From contig CBDAON010000004.1 in assembly GCA_965198065.1 (NCBI GenBank), forward strand, positions 1,536,001-1,600,000: 64,000 nt of DNA. The letters are read 5' to 3'. The notes beneath the pieces were generated by a model. The model searched no databases. It saw only the letters and a program-made list of their open reading frames with translations, and had not been told where the DNA came from. This document shows positions 1 through 9,634 of the stretch, piece after piece. The position numbers and the translations under genes are program-made. Source of the stretch: Longimicrobiales bacterium. GTDB lineage: Bacteria > Gemmatimonadota > Gemmatimonadetes > Longimicrobiales > Gaopeijiaceae. Numbering within the stretch: the stretch's first letter is position 1; each line of letters opens with the position of its first letter.

Positions 1-320
1 TTCAGCTTGAAGTAGGATCGACCGCATCGCAGCTCGATCTGCTCGCCACGTGTACTGATCTCGACGGGCTCTTCGGGAAGCTCCCGAGTGATCTCCCGAA
101 GTTTCTTTCCAGGCGCCGTCAGATCTCCCTCTTCTCCGACATCGACTGCCACATGAATACGAACCGCGACATCCAGATCCGTTCCACTAAACCTCACCCC
201 ATCAGCCGTCGTCTCGATTAGAATGTTGGACAGGACCGGAAGAGTTGTCTTCGATGGGAGGCTGGCGGAAACAGCACTGAGCCCCTGATGCAGGTTCTGA
301 CGCGTGATCTTGAATCTCAT
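1..320 (-). CDS. dnaN: DNA polymerase III beta clamp (5' part; runs off window)
   Basis: Not in the ORF track. Manual minus-strand translation from ATG at 320 gives MRFKITRQNLHQGLSAVSASLPSKTTLPVLSNILIE...GTDLDVAV, a typical DnaN N-terminus; lies downstream of dnaA. Confidence 0.95.
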   Translation of the reverse strand, partial: MRFKITRQNLHQGLSAVSASLPSKTTLPVLSNILIETTADGVRFSGTDLDVAVRIHVAVDVGEEGDLTAPGKKLREITRELPEEPVEISTRGEQIELRCGRSYFKL

Positions 321-672
321 CCGGTCCTCGAACGGGTGGCCAGGATCTTCCACGGGAACTACTACTACTATGTCTCTAATATAGACCTAGTAGTAGTAGT
401 AGTAGTATGCGTGGATCTGTGGACTCTCACGCTACAGGATATCCGAATCTAGAGCCGTACACCACCATAGGAGATTGCGCTTGAGAGTGGAACTGAGGTG
501 GATGATCACTATCACCTTTCCACTTCCTCCAACTCTCGAACGTGATAGTTAACACCTTCCCACATCTCTCACACTGCTCCCGACTAGTTTTCCACTCTCT
601 ATACGAGCTAATGTACAGTCTCGCGGTGAGTACGATGGGAAGGACAGCACGAGACCGAGGCGGCTCGCTCTC
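321..672. other. oriC: Chromosomal replication origin oriC (dnaA-dnaN intergenic)
   Basis: Lower-GC intergenic region with several DnaA-box-like 9-mers (346-354, 410-418, 418-426, 486-494, 497-505, 516-524, 556-564, 588-596) and DnaA-trio-like (ACT)4 at 358-369 and (TAG)6 at 388-405. Confidence 0.88.
358..405. repeat. Inverted trinucleotide arrays (ACT)4 ... (TAG)6, DnaA-trio-like
   Basis: Read directly: act act act act atgtctctaatatagacc tag tag tag tag tag tag. Confidence 0.85.
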
Positions 673-2085
673 TCAGCGGGGTAAGTCCAGTCTCTCGCGG
701 ATCAGCTTTACGCGTGAAGCAAAGCTTGGGTCACCGTTTATCTGAGCCTGAACCTTGCGGATCGAGTGGATCACTGTCGAGTGGTCCCGACCTCCGAACG
801 TCTGCCCGATCCGAACCAGGGGTTCGTCCAGGATCTCCTTGATCAAGTACATGGCGACTTGCCGTGGTACGGTGACGTCGCGTGTGCGCTTCTTGGAAAT
901 GAGACCATCCGGTCTAACATTCCAGCTTCGGGCAACTTCATCCCGGATATGCTCTGCACTGAGTGATATCCGGTCGCGGTGCTCCCGCCCCCGGATGACA
1001 CTCTGGAGCGCGGTACGGGTAAGCTCGAGCGTGATTTCCTCGTTTCGGAGCGACGAGTATGCGAGGAGCTTGATGATGGCCCCCTCCATCTCCCGGACAG
1101 ACGACGTGCATGAGCGCGCGACGAAGTCGATGGTCTCCATGTCGATCACGAGGCCGTCGTCGTTTGCCTTCTTCTGGATGATCGCCACGCGCGTCTCGTA
1201 GTCGGGTGGCTTGATGTCGGCCACGAGCCCCCACTCAAACCGGGATACAAGCCGCTCTTCCACGCCCGGCAGCTCCTTCGGGGGCCGGTCGCTTGTGACG
1301 ACGATCTGTTTGCTCGCGTCATAGAGAGCATTGAAGGTGTGGAAGAACTCTTCCTGCGTGCTCTCTTTCTGCTCGAGAAATTGCACGTCGTCGACCAGGA
1401 GCACATCGATCTCGCGAAAGCGACGCCGGAACGCGGGAGTGGTCCCCCGTTGGATGGCGTTCACGAGCTCATTCATGAAGCGCTCCGTCGTCACGTACGC
1501 GACACTCACACTCTGCTGGCTCCCCAGGATCGCGTGCCCAAGTGCGTGCATAAGGTGCGTCTTCCCGAGGCCGACCCCGCCGTAAAGGAAGAGCGGGTTG
1601 TAGATCTTCGCGGGGCGCTCGGCGACCGCGTGTCCTGCGGCAACCGCGAGCTGATTGTTGCTGCCGACGACGAAGCGGTCGAAGGTGTAGCGGTCGTTCA
1701 GGTTGGCCCCGCGCCCGGGGTCGCCACCCAATGGCGGCTCTCCGCGCGACCGGGCCAAGTGGGGAAGCGGGACGGTGCCCTGCGGCTCGGTTCGCGGCGC
1801 GATGTCGGCCGAGGGTATCCGCGGCTGCGCCACGGGAGCCGAGCAGCGAAACGCGAGCCGAAGAGGGCGGCCCAGCGTCTCCCGGACCAGCTCCGAGAGC
1901 AGAGTGCCGTACTTATCCTCGACCCACTCCACATGGAACTCGCTCGGGGCCTCGACGATCAACTCGTCTTCGGAGAGGCCTACGGCTTGGCTACCGGCCA
2001 ACCAGGTCCGAAAGCTCTGCTCCGGAACCCGCGTCTTCACGGATGCGAGGACTCGGGACCAGAGCTCGGACGCAGTGAACTCCAT
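673..2085 (-). CDS. dnaA: Chromosomal replication initiator DnaA
   Basis: YTFDRFVVG, Walker A GGVGLGKTHL, LLVDDVQF, QEEFFHTFN, RDHSTVIHS motifs. Confidence 0.99.
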   Translation of the reverse strand: MEFTASELWSRVLASVKTRVPEQSFRTWLAGSQAVGLSEDELIVEAPSEFHVEWVEDKYGTLLSELVRETLGRPLRLAFRCSAPVAQPRIPSADIAPRTEPQGTVPLPHLARSRGEPPLGGDPGRGANLNDRYTFDRFVVGSNNQLAVAAGHAVAERPAKIYNPLFLYGGVGLGKTHLMHALGHAILGSQQSVSVAYVTTERFMNELVNAIQRGTTPAFRRRFREIDVLLVDDVQFLEQKESTQEEFFHTFNALYDASKQIVVTSDRPPKELPGVEERLVSRFEWGLVADIKPPDYETRVAIIQKKANDDGLVIDMETIDFVARSCTSSVREMEGAIIKLLAYSSLRNEEITLELTRTALQSVIRGREHRDRISLSAEHIRDEVARSWNVRPDGLISKKRTRDVTVPRQVAMYLIKEILDEPLVRIGQTFGGRDHSTVIHSIRKVQAQINGDPSFASRVKLIRERLDLPR

Positions 2086-2277
2086 CTGGCGGTCGCGAAA
2101 ATGACGGTCGATTCGGCTGGGAAGATGCGAGTACGCACCCGGAACGGGGCATCGTAATCGCGACGATGCGGAGAAGTCAATTCCGCGAGGTCACCTTGAC
2201 TCTCCTCTGCGGCTCCGGGTAGGTTTTCCCGCCCGAAAGGCGTCCTGCTGCCGGACCACGAGAGAGGTGGGAAGGGG

Positions 2278-2427
2278 ATGAAGCCGACGTACAGGCCGCG
2301 GAACCGCAAGCGCATCAACAAGCACGGTTTCCGCGCCCGCATGAAGACTCGCGGGGGGCGGAGGGTTCTTTCTCGCCGTCGCCGGCGCGGGCGTGCCCGA
2401 CTTACTGTGAAGCTGGGATCGAAGTAA
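2278..2427 (+). CDS. rpmH: 50S ribosomal protein L34
   Basis: Manual translation [49 protein letters not shown]; divergent from dnaA. Confidence 0.97.
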   Translation: MKPTYRPRNRKRINKHGFRARMKTRGGRRVLSRRRRRGRARLTVKLGSK

Positions 2428-2521
2428 CCGTTGGGTTCGGCGCGCGGACCCGGGCGCCTCGTCGCGGGTCCCGGCGCGCTCCTTCGTTTCGGACCTCCTG
2501 GCTTCACTGAGGTCCCCGGCA

Positions 2522-2989
2522 ATGATACCACACTTCCCGATCGCGATGCCTCGCCCGACCGATCCCCACGGCTCGGAAGAGGACGAGACCCGACCCACGA
2601 ACGACCGGCCTGCGGACGGGGAAGGCCTCCCGAGAACGCTCAGGATCCGGTTGGGCGGCGAGATCCGGAGCCTCCTACGCAACGGCGCACGCCACAGGGA
2701 TCCGCTGCTCGAGGTGTTCAGCTTGAGTTCGTCCGTCGTGGGTCGGCCCCGTCTCGGCGTTATCGTACCCCGGCACGGCCGGACGATCGTGGAGCGAAAT
2801 CTGCTTCGAAGACGACTCCGCGAGATCGGGCGACGCGATGTCCTGCCACACCTGAGGAGGGAAGGGTGCCATGCCGACGTGCTCGTCCGCTCTCGCCCCG
2901 AGGCGTACGACGCGACCTTCTCCGTCCTGAGGGAAGCGCTCATCCGATCCACGGAGCGACTTTGTTCCGACAGCTCGCCCTCCGCCTGA
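2522..2989 (+). CDS. rnpA: Ribonuclease P protein component
   Basis: [25 protein letters not shown] (RNR motif); position after rpmH. Start codon uncertain (2522 or a later ATG). Confidence 0.9.
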   Translation: MIPHFPIAMPRPTDPHGSEEDETRPTNDRPADGEGLPRTLRIRLGGEIRSLLRNGARHRDPLLEVFSLSSSVVGRPRLGVIVPRHGRTIVERNLLRRRLREIGRRDVLPHLRREGCHADVLVRSRPEAYDATFSVLREALIRSTERLCSDSSPSA

Positions 2990-3201
2990 TCGACCTGTAC
3001 CGGAAGGGGATCTCGCCGCTCGCTCCCCCGTCGTGCCGGTTCGTTCCGAGCTGCTCCGCGTACGCCCGCGAGGCCGTGGAACGACACGGCGTCGCGCGCG
3101 GAGCATGGCTCTTCGCCAAGCGCTTGTCGCGTTGCCACCCGCTCGGCCGGTACGGATACGACCCGGTACCGCCCGGGGTCGGGAAAGCTCCTGAACGGTG
3201 A
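2962..3201 (+). CDS. yidD: Membrane protein insertion efficiency factor YidD
   Basis: [31 protein letters not shown]...RCHP...YDPVP; likely TTG start at 2962. Confidence 0.93.
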   Translation: MFRQLALRLIDLYRKGISPLAPPSCRFVPSCSAYAREAVERHGVARGAWLFAKRLSRCHPLGRYGYDPVPPGVGKAPER

Positions 3202-4943
3202 GCGTAGAGGCTCGCTTCGTCCTCGCCATCGTGCTCATGATGGCGGTCCTCGTGGGAGGAAATCTCATCTTCCCGCGCGGTTCGAGAGCGCCCGGTGAGG
3301 CTCCGGGGGACAGCGCGAGCGCGGCCGGCGCGGAGGGTGTCGGGGCCGGGGCAACCGGTGGGCCCGCCGATGCGGCTCCTCTACCTACCGCGGGCGCTCC
3401 GGGCCCAACCGATCCGGGCGCCGTCGTCCCTTCGATCGCCGACACGTTGGCGCCTCCTGCCGAAGTGATCCCCGCGGAGCCCGAGAGCGAGATTCGGGTG
3501 GAGGGGCCGCTTTACACGGTGACCTTCTCGAACGTGGGTGGGCGGATCGTTTCGGTCCTCCTCCCCGGGTTCGAGTCCTTCACCCGGGATGGGGCGGTCG
3601 AGCTCATCGAGGAGGGAGACCCGGGCCTTCTGGGCGCCCGGCTCGTCGTGGGAGCAGATACGGTGGACCTGCGTTCGATCGCCATGCAGGCCACGCCGGC
3701 CGAGGGGCTACGGCTCGAAGCGGGTGGAGACTCCGGGGTCCTCTCGTTGCGAGCCACCGATCCGTCGAGCGGAATTGGCTACGAGGTCGCGTACACGTTC
3801 GACCCCGATACATACATCGTGGAAGTGAGCGGGAGCCTAACGGGTTCGGGCCGCGCCATCCTCATGACGGACCTGGGTTGGGGGGTCGCGTACAACGAGG
3901 TGGACGAGTCCACGGAGGCCCGGGAGATGGCCTACGTGGTGAACCACCTCCAGCAGGGGATCCAGGCGACGCAGCTCTCGGACGTGGAGGCCCCCGGGGC
4001 GGAGGACGGTCCGTTCCTGTGGACGGCGAGCAAGAGCCGGTACTTCGTCGTAGGGCTCCTCCCTCCGGCCGGCGGCGCCGGCGAGTACCTGGGAGGGCTG
4101 GTGGCGACGCCCGCTCCCGAGCGCGAGGATCGGGCACGGGTGGCGGTGACCCAGGCTGTCGGGGACCAGGGATTCGACTTCCGGCTGTATGTCGGACCGC
4201 AGGACTACGCCCTGCTCTCCGCCGTGGGAAGCGAGTTCCAGGAGGTGAGCCCCGTCGGTTGGGAATGGCTCCGCCCGGTCCTTCGGCCGATCGTCGCGGC
4301 CATCATGTGGGTGCTCGTGTTCTTCCACGAAAACCTCGCGATCGGCTACGGGTGGGTTCTGATCCTGATGGGCGTGCTCATGCGGATCGTGCTCTTCCCA
4401 CTGAACCACAAGGCCATGCGCGCGCAGCTCAAGAACATGGCCGTGCAGCCGCTCCTGAAGGACATCCAGACGAGGTACAAGGATCAGCCCGAGCGGATGC
4501 AAGCGGAGCTCATGAAGCTCTACAAGGAGCACGGCTTCAATCCGCTCGGGGGATGCTGGCCGATCCTCCTGCCGTGGCCGATCCTCATCGCGCTCTTCTT
4601 CGTCTTTCGGAACACGATCGAGCTCCGAGGCGTCCCCTTCGCCTGGCTTCCGGACCTTGCGGCGAAGGACCCCATCTACGTGCTCCCCCTGCTGCTCGGG
4701 GTCTCCATGTTCGTGATCCAGTGGATCTCGATGCGCGCGGTGGCGGACACGAATCCCCAGATGAAGATGATGCTCTGGTTCATGCCCATCTTCATGGTGG
4801 TGATCTTCGTGAACTTTCCATCGGGGCTGAACCTCTACTACCTGAGCCAGAACGTCGCGACGCTGCCGCAGTCGTGGTGGATCGCCAAGGAGCGGGAGAA
4901 GGTCCAGCTCAAGCAGCCCCCGGCACCGGCGGCGAAACGTTGA
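3198..4943 (+). CDS. yidC: Membrane protein insertase YidC
   Basis: N-terminal TM, periplasmic domain, [32 protein letters not shown] motifs. Confidence 0.97.
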   Translation: MSVEARFVLAIVLMMAVLVGGNLIFPRGSRAPGEAPGDSASAAGAEGVGAGATGGPADAAPLPTAGAPGPTDPGAVVPSIADTLAPPAEVIPAEPESEIRVEGPLYTVTFSNVGGRIVSVLLPGFESFTRDGAVELIEEGDPGLLGARLVVGADTVDLRSIAMQATPAEGLRLEAGGDSGVLSLRATDPSSGIGYEVAYTFDPDTYIVEVSGSLTGSGRAILMTDLGWGVAYNEVDESTEAREMAYVVNHLQQGIQATQLSDVEAPGAEDGPFLWTASKSRYFVVGLLPPAGGAGEYLGGLVATPAPEREDRARVAVTQAVGDQGFDFRLYVGPQDYALLSAVGSEFQEVSPVGWEWLRPVLRPIVAAIMWVLVFFHENLAIGYGWVLILMGVLMRIVLFPLNHKAMRAQLKNMAVQPLLKDIQTRYKDQPERMQAELMKLYKEHGFNPLGGCWPILLPWPILIALFFVFRNTIELRGVPFAWLPDLAAKDPIYVLPLLLGVSMFVIQWISMRAVADTNPQMKMMLWFMPIFMVVIFVNFPSGLNLYYLSQNVATLPQSWWIAKEREKVQLKQPPAPAAKR

Positions 4944-5031
4944 AGGCTGCCCGGGGCCAACCTGGCCGCTCGCCGTCCAAGGGGGCGTGCGACGCATGGG
5001 GTGAGGGGCTCCGGGAAGGAGGGCGGAGACT

Positions 5032-6411
5032 CTGGATACGATCGCTGCGATCGCGACGCCCCCCGGGCGGGGAGCCCTCGCAATCGTCCGCGTCTCCGGG
5101 CCGGCGACGGGCGGCCTGATCCTCAGACTGGTCCCGTTCCTCGGGGGGCGTCTTCCCGAGCCTCGGACCGCGCGCCTCCTCTCCCTGAAGGACCCCGACA
5201 CGGACGAGCTCCTGGACCGGGGGCTCCTGACGTGGTACCCGGGGCCGGCCTCGTACACGGGCGAGGACGCGGCCGAGCTCTCCGTCCACGGCGGAGTACT
5301 CGTTCCCGCGCTGGTGCTAGACGCCCTGCTCCGCGCGGGCGCACGGCTCGCGCGCCCCGGGGAGTTCACGGAGCGGGCGTACCTCCATGGGAAGCTTGAC
5401 CTGGTGCAGGCGGAAGGCGTCGGTGACCTGGTGGAGGCGGGAAGCGAGGCGGCCCGACGGGCGGCGCTCTCGCAGACCGAGGGGGGCCTGTCCAGACGGA
5501 TCGGCGAGCTGCGGGATGGAATCGTCGGCCTGGAAGCGCTCCTGGTCTACCATGTGGACTTCCCCGAAGAGGACGAGCCGCCGGTCCCTCTGGATCGCAT
5601 CGTGCGGGAGGCGGGGGCGCTGGAGGAGCGGCTCTCGGTGCTGCTGGCGACGGCCCCGGAGGGGGAGCTCCTCCGGGACGGGGCCCTCACTGTCCTGGCG
5701 GGGCGACCGAACTCCGGCAAGTCGTCCCTCTTCAACGCGCTCCTCGGGGAGGCGCGAGCCATCGTCACCGCCGAGCCCGGAACCACCAGGGACGCGATTG
5801 AGGCCCGCATCTCGCTGGGCGGCTTTCCGTTTCGGCTGGTGGACACGGCGGGGCTTCGTCCGAGGCCTGGCGAGATCGAAAGGCTGGGGATCGAGGTCGC
5901 GCGCCGGTACGTGGGTCACGCGAGCCTTCTCGTTCTTTGCGTCCCGAGCGACGAGGAGTGGGGCGAGGCGGAAGCGGAGTTCGTGGCCGGGGCGCCAGTG
6001 TCCACCCCGATCGTCGTGCTCCGGACGATGCGGGACCGGCCCGCGCGGAACGGGGGCGAGCCGCTCCCCCTACCCGGGGGGGTTCGGGCCGCCGCGGTGA
6101 TCGAGGTCTCGGTGGAGGACGGCGCCGGCCTGGAGGAAGTCCGGAACGTCCTTCCCGGATTGGTGTTCCGGGGTCTCGCCGCCGTAGGAGGGGAGGTCCC
6201 GGTGCTCACGAGGCGTCGGCAGCGGAGCGCGGTAGCCCGGGCCCGGGAAGAGGTGGGCAAGTTCCGCGATGCGCTCGCCGAGGGGATCGCCGCCGAGGTG
6301 GCCTCGACCCACCTGCGCTCCGCGGAGACCGCGCTCGAGGAGCTGATCGGCGTGATCCCGGGGGATGAGGTGATGGATCGGGTGTTCGGCGAGTTCTGTA
6401 TCGGGAAGTGA
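5032..6411 (+). CDS. mnmE: tRNA modification GTPase MnmE (TrmE), probable CTG start
   Basis: Frame of ORF 5314-6411 extends upstream to DTIAAIATPPGRGALAIVRVSG; SYTGED, GRPNSGKSS, PGTTRD, DTAG and C-terminal FCIGK motifs. Confidence 0.96.
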   Translation: MDTIAAIATPPGRGALAIVRVSGPATGGLILRLVPFLGGRLPEPRTARLLSLKDPDTDELLDRGLLTWYPGPASYTGEDAAELSVHGGVLVPALVLDALLRAGARLARPGEFTERAYLHGKLDLVQAEGVGDLVEAGSEAARRAALSQTEGGLSRRIGELRDGIVGLEALLVYHVDFPEEDEPPVPLDRIVREAGALEERLSVLLATAPEGELLRDGALTVLAGRPNSGKSSLFNALLGEARAIVTAEPGTTRDAIEARISLGGFPFRLVDTAGLRPRPGEIERLGIEVARRYVGHASLLVLCVPSDEEWGEAEAEFVAGAPVSTPIVVLRTMRDRPARNGGEPLPLPGGVRAAAVIEVSVEDGAGLEEVRNVLPGLVFRGLAAVGGEVPVLTRRRQRSAVARAREEVGKFRDALAEGIAAEVASTHLRSAETALEELIGVIPGDEVMDRVFGEFCIGK

Positions 6412-6734
6412 GGCGGGCGCGCCGCCCGCAAGGGGGAGGTGTGGCTCAGGACCAGGGCCCTGTTGAGGAAGCCCGAGGGTTCCGTATCGAGGGGCGTGTC
6501 CAGGGCGTGGGGTTCCGATGGTGGACCGTTCGGACGGCCCACTTCCTCGGCCTCCGCGGATGGGTGATGAACCTGCCGGACGGTGCGGTGGAGGCGCACG
6601 CGTCGGGGTCAGCCGAGGCCCTGGCCCGCATGCGCGAGCAACTCGGCCTCGGGCCGTTCGGTAGCCGGGTGGACGGAGTGGCCGACGTTCCCGCCTCGGG
6701 CGACCTGCCCCCGAGCGGGTTCGAGATCCGCTGA
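6408..6734 (+). CDS. acyP: Acylphosphatase
   Basis: IEGRVQGVGFR...GWVMNLPDGAVE signature; start may be GTG near 6441. Confidence 0.92.
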   Translation: MRRARRPQGGGVAQDQGPVEEARGFRIEGRVQGVGFRWWTVRTAHFLGLRGWVMNLPDGAVEAHASGSAEALARMREQLGLGPFGSRVDGVADVPASGDLPPSGFEIR

Positions 6735-6766
6735 GGGAGGGCTGGGCTTTCAGGGAAGGGAAGGCG

Positions 6767-8650
6767 ATGACGCGAAGCTACGACGTGGTGGTCGTCGGCG
6801 GTGGGCACGCCGGGGCCGAGGCCGCCGCTGCCTCGGCCCGGCTCGGCGCGGGGACCCTGCTTCTCACGCCCGACCTCTCTCGGATTGGCCAGATGAGCTG
6901 TAACCCAGCTATCGGGGGGGTGGCGAAGGGCGTCGTGGCGCGTGAGATCGACGCCCTCGGGGGCGTGATGGGCCGCGCCACGGACGCGGCGCGGATCCAC
7001 TTCCGGATGCTCAACCGATCGAAGGGGCCGGCCGTCTGGAGCCCTCGAGCGCAGTGCGACCGTGGGCTCTATCCGCGGGGGGTGCGGCGCATTCTGGATG
7101 GGTTGGAGAACCTTGATCTCTTCCAGGATATGGTCACGGGTATGTGGTTGGAGGATAACGGTTTGCGAGGGGTAGTCACGAGGGGTGGGGTGCGCTTTGC
7201 AGCCGGTGCGGTCGTTGTGACGGCCGGGACGTTCCTTCGAGGCCGCATTCATGTGGGCGGTGACGGGGGTGTGCCCGCGGGGCGCGCGGGCGAGGCCCCC
7301 TCGATCGAGCTAGCGGAGGCCCTGGAAGCCCGCGGCCTCGAGATTGCCCGGTTCAAGACGGGCACCCCGCCGCGCGTGGACGGCCGGACCGTGGATTTCT
7401 CACGCCTCGAGGTCCAGCCCGGAGACGAAGACGACTACCGGTTCTCGGCCTACACGGAGGAGACGATCCCGGAGCAGCGCGTATGCTGGATCACGTGGAC
7501 GGGCGACGGCCTGAAGAAGGTCGTTCAGAAGAACCTGAGTAGGAGCGCGCTCTACGGTGGCGCGATCTCGGGGAGGGGCCCCCGCTACTGTCCTTCGATC
7601 GAAGACAAGATCGTCAAATTTCCGGAAGCACGGAGGCATCAGGTCTTCCTGGAGCCGGAGGGGCTCGAGACGACGGAGCTGTACGTGAACGGGCTCTCGA
7701 CGTCGCTCCCGGCCGACGTACAGGAGGCCTTCGTCCACACCGTTACGGGCCTCGAGGATGCCCGGATCACGAAGCTCGGATACGCGATCGAGTACGACTA
7801 CTTTCCGCCTTATCAGCTCCGGCACACGCTCGAGGTGCGCTCGCTCCCGGGGCTCTTCTTTGCGGGGCAGATCAACGGCACGACCGGGTACGAGGAGGCC
7901 GCCGGCCAGGGCCTGGTAGCAGGAGCGAACGCGGCCCTCCAGGTGCAGGGTCGGGAGCCCCTCGTGCTCGAGCGGGACCAGGCGTACATCGGCGTTCTGG
8001 TGGACGATCTCGTGACCAAGGGCGTGGACGAGCCCTACCGTCTCTTCACCTCCCGGGCCGAGTTCCGACTCTTGCTCCGGCAAGACAACGCGCCAGAGCG
8101 TCTCGGTCCGGTCTCGGCCGGACTCGGGCTGCTCGACCCGAATCAGCTCGCCGCCCTGGAAGCCCGCCGGAAGAAGTGGTTCCGTGTGCGGGAGTGGTTC
8201 CGTTCCGAGGTGCTAGAGCCGGGCGCTGCGAATCCGGTTCTCCGGGAGGCCCGGAGCGCAGAGGTGGACCGGCCAGTACGGGCCGAGGAGCTCCTGCGGA
8301 GGCCGGGGGTTCGAGGGTTGCGCCTGGCGAGGGCAGGTGCGGCGCCCTTCGAGGTCGACCGGGAGCTCATTGCAGCGGTCGAGCTGGAGGTGAAGTACGA
8401 GGGATACGTGCGCCGTGAAGAGGAGCGGGCGCGCAGGCTCCGGGATCAGGCCGGCTTCCTTCTCCCCGAGGACCTCCCCTACAACGACTTCGTCACTCTT
8501 TCGCGGGAAGCACGTGACCAGCTGACGCGGGTGCGGCCGGGAAATCTGGCCCAGGCGGGCCGCATCCCGGGCGTTTCACCCGCGGATCTCCAAAATCTCG
8601 TTCTAGAGGTCCGGCGGCTGCGATCTAGCGTAACTCGTAGTACGACTTAG
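6767..8650 (+). CDS. mnmG: tRNA uridine 5-carboxymethylaminomethyl modification enzyme MnmG (GidA)
   Basis: GGGHAGAEAA, MSCNPAIGG, FKTGTPPR, GPRYCPSIEDK, GQINGTTGYEEAA. Confidence 0.99.
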   Translation: MTRSYDVVVVGGGHAGAEAAAASARLGAGTLLLTPDLSRIGQMSCNPAIGGVAKGVVAREIDALGGVMGRATDAARIHFRMLNRSKGPAVWSPRAQCDRGLYPRGVRRILDGLENLDLFQDMVTGMWLEDNGLRGVVTRGGVRFAAGAVVVTAGTFLRGRIHVGGDGGVPAGRAGEAPSIELAEALEARGLEIARFKTGTPPRVDGRTVDFSRLEVQPGDEDDYRFSAYTEETIPEQRVCWITWTGDGLKKVVQKNLSRSALYGGAISGRGPRYCPSIEDKIVKFPEARRHQVFLEPEGLETTELYVNGLSTSLPADVQEAFVHTVTGLEDARITKLGYAIEYDYFPPYQLRHTLEVRSLPGLFFAGQINGTTGYEEAAGQGLVAGANAALQVQGREPLVLERDQAYIGVLVDDLVTKGVDEPYRLFTSRAEFRLLLRQDNAPERLGPVSAGLGLLDPNQLAALEARRKKWFRVREWFRSEVLEPGAANPVLREARSAEVDRPVRAEELLRRPGVRGLRLARAGAAPFEVDRELIAAVELEVKYEGYVRREEERARRLRDQAGFLLPEDLPYNDFVTLSREARDQLTRVRPGNLAQAGRIPGVSPADLQNLVLEVRRLRSSVTRSTT

Positions 8651-8671
8651 TCTTACGCTTCACGCTCCCGG

Positions 8672-8687
8672 CGTTCCACGTGGAACG
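8672..8687. promoter_or_regulatory. parS: parS centromere site 1
   Basis: CGTTCCACGTGGAACG palindrome (extends 8668-8691) matches the parS consensus TGTT(T/C)CACGTG(A/G)AACA; upstream of parA. Confidence 0.9.
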
Positions 8688-8729
8688 CCGGCCGGCCGAG
8701 CGCAGCGTGGCTCCCCCACCGCCGGGTGT

Positions 8730-8745
8730 GGTTCCACGTGGAACA
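8730..8745. promoter_or_regulatory. parS: parS centromere site 2
   Basis: GGTTCCACGTGGAACA. Confidence 0.9.
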
Positions 8746-8838
8746 CTGGACCCAAACCGCCCCGTTTCCCGCCCGCATCGAGAGTCCTTATATTGGCGGC
8801 TCGCCGGGGGTCCCTGAATCACCCCAACATGACCGCTC

Positions 8839-9633
8839 ATGGGCCGGGTCGTCGCCATCGCCAACCAGAAGGGCGGAGTGGGGAAGACCACGACCGCCAT
8901 TAGTCTGGGCGCGTCCCTCGCCGTCGCCGAGCAGCACACGTTGGTTATCGACATCGACCCCCAGGGGAACGCGACCTCGGGGCTGGGCGTCGAAAAGGGC
9001 GATTCCCTCCCAACGATCTACGACGTGCTGATCGACGGGAGGGATCCGGCAGAGTGCATTGTGAGGGGCGTACATTTCCCCTTCCTCGATCTCCTGCCCT
9101 CGAACCGGGACCTGGTCGGCGCCGAGATCGAGCTCGTGGACCGACAGGAGCGCGAGCGGGTCCTGGCCAAGGCGCTGAAGGACGTACGAGGTGCGTACGA
9201 CTACGTTCTCGTGGACTGTCCGCCGTCTCTGGGGCTCCTAACCCTAAACACGCTCGCCGCCGCGGATAGCGTGCTCATCCCGATTCAGTGCGAGTTCTAT
9301 GCCCTCGAGGGCCTGTCCCAGCTTCTGAACACGGTGCGGTTCGTGCAACGGGGTCTGAATCCTCGCCTCGAGATCGAGGGAGTACTTCTCACCATGTACG
9401 ACCGGAGGCTGAACCTCTCGCGACAGGTTGCCGAGGAGGCTCGGGACTATTTTGGCGGGAAGGTCTTCGAGACGACGATCCCGAGGAACGTGCGACTGGC
9501 CGAGGCCCCGAGCTTCGGGCAGCCCATCGCGACCTACGACGTGCTTTCGGCCGGCGCCCAGAGCTACCTGGCTCTGGCCCGCGAGGTCCTCAAGGGGAGC
9601 GGCAAGACCGGAAAGACCAGGATAAGGGGGTAG
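8839..9633 (+). CDS. parA: Chromosome partitioning ATPase ParA/Soj
   Basis: NQKGGVGKTT, DIDPQGNAT, DCPPSLG, IPRNVRLAEAPSFG. Confidence 0.98.
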   Translation: MGRVVAIANQKGGVGKTTTAISLGASLAVAEQHTLVIDIDPQGNATSGLGVEKGDSLPTIYDVLIDGRDPAECIVRGVHFPFLDLLPSNRDLVGAEIELVDRQERERVLAKALKDVRGAYDYVLVDCPPSLGLLTLNTLAAADSVLIPIQCEFYALEGLSQLLNTVRFVQRGLNPRLEIEGVLLTMYDRRLNLSRQVAEEARDYFGGKVFETTIPRNVRLAEAPSFGQPIATYDVLSAGAQSYLALAREVLKGSGKTGKTRIRG

Positions 9634-9634
9634 G

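Noticed and set aside
358..405. Trinucleotide repeats as a microsatellite or CRISPR
   Set aside because: Too short and no spacers; the position next to DnaA boxes fits DnaA-trios. No CRISPR array, tRNA or rRNA gene was recognised anywhere in the window.
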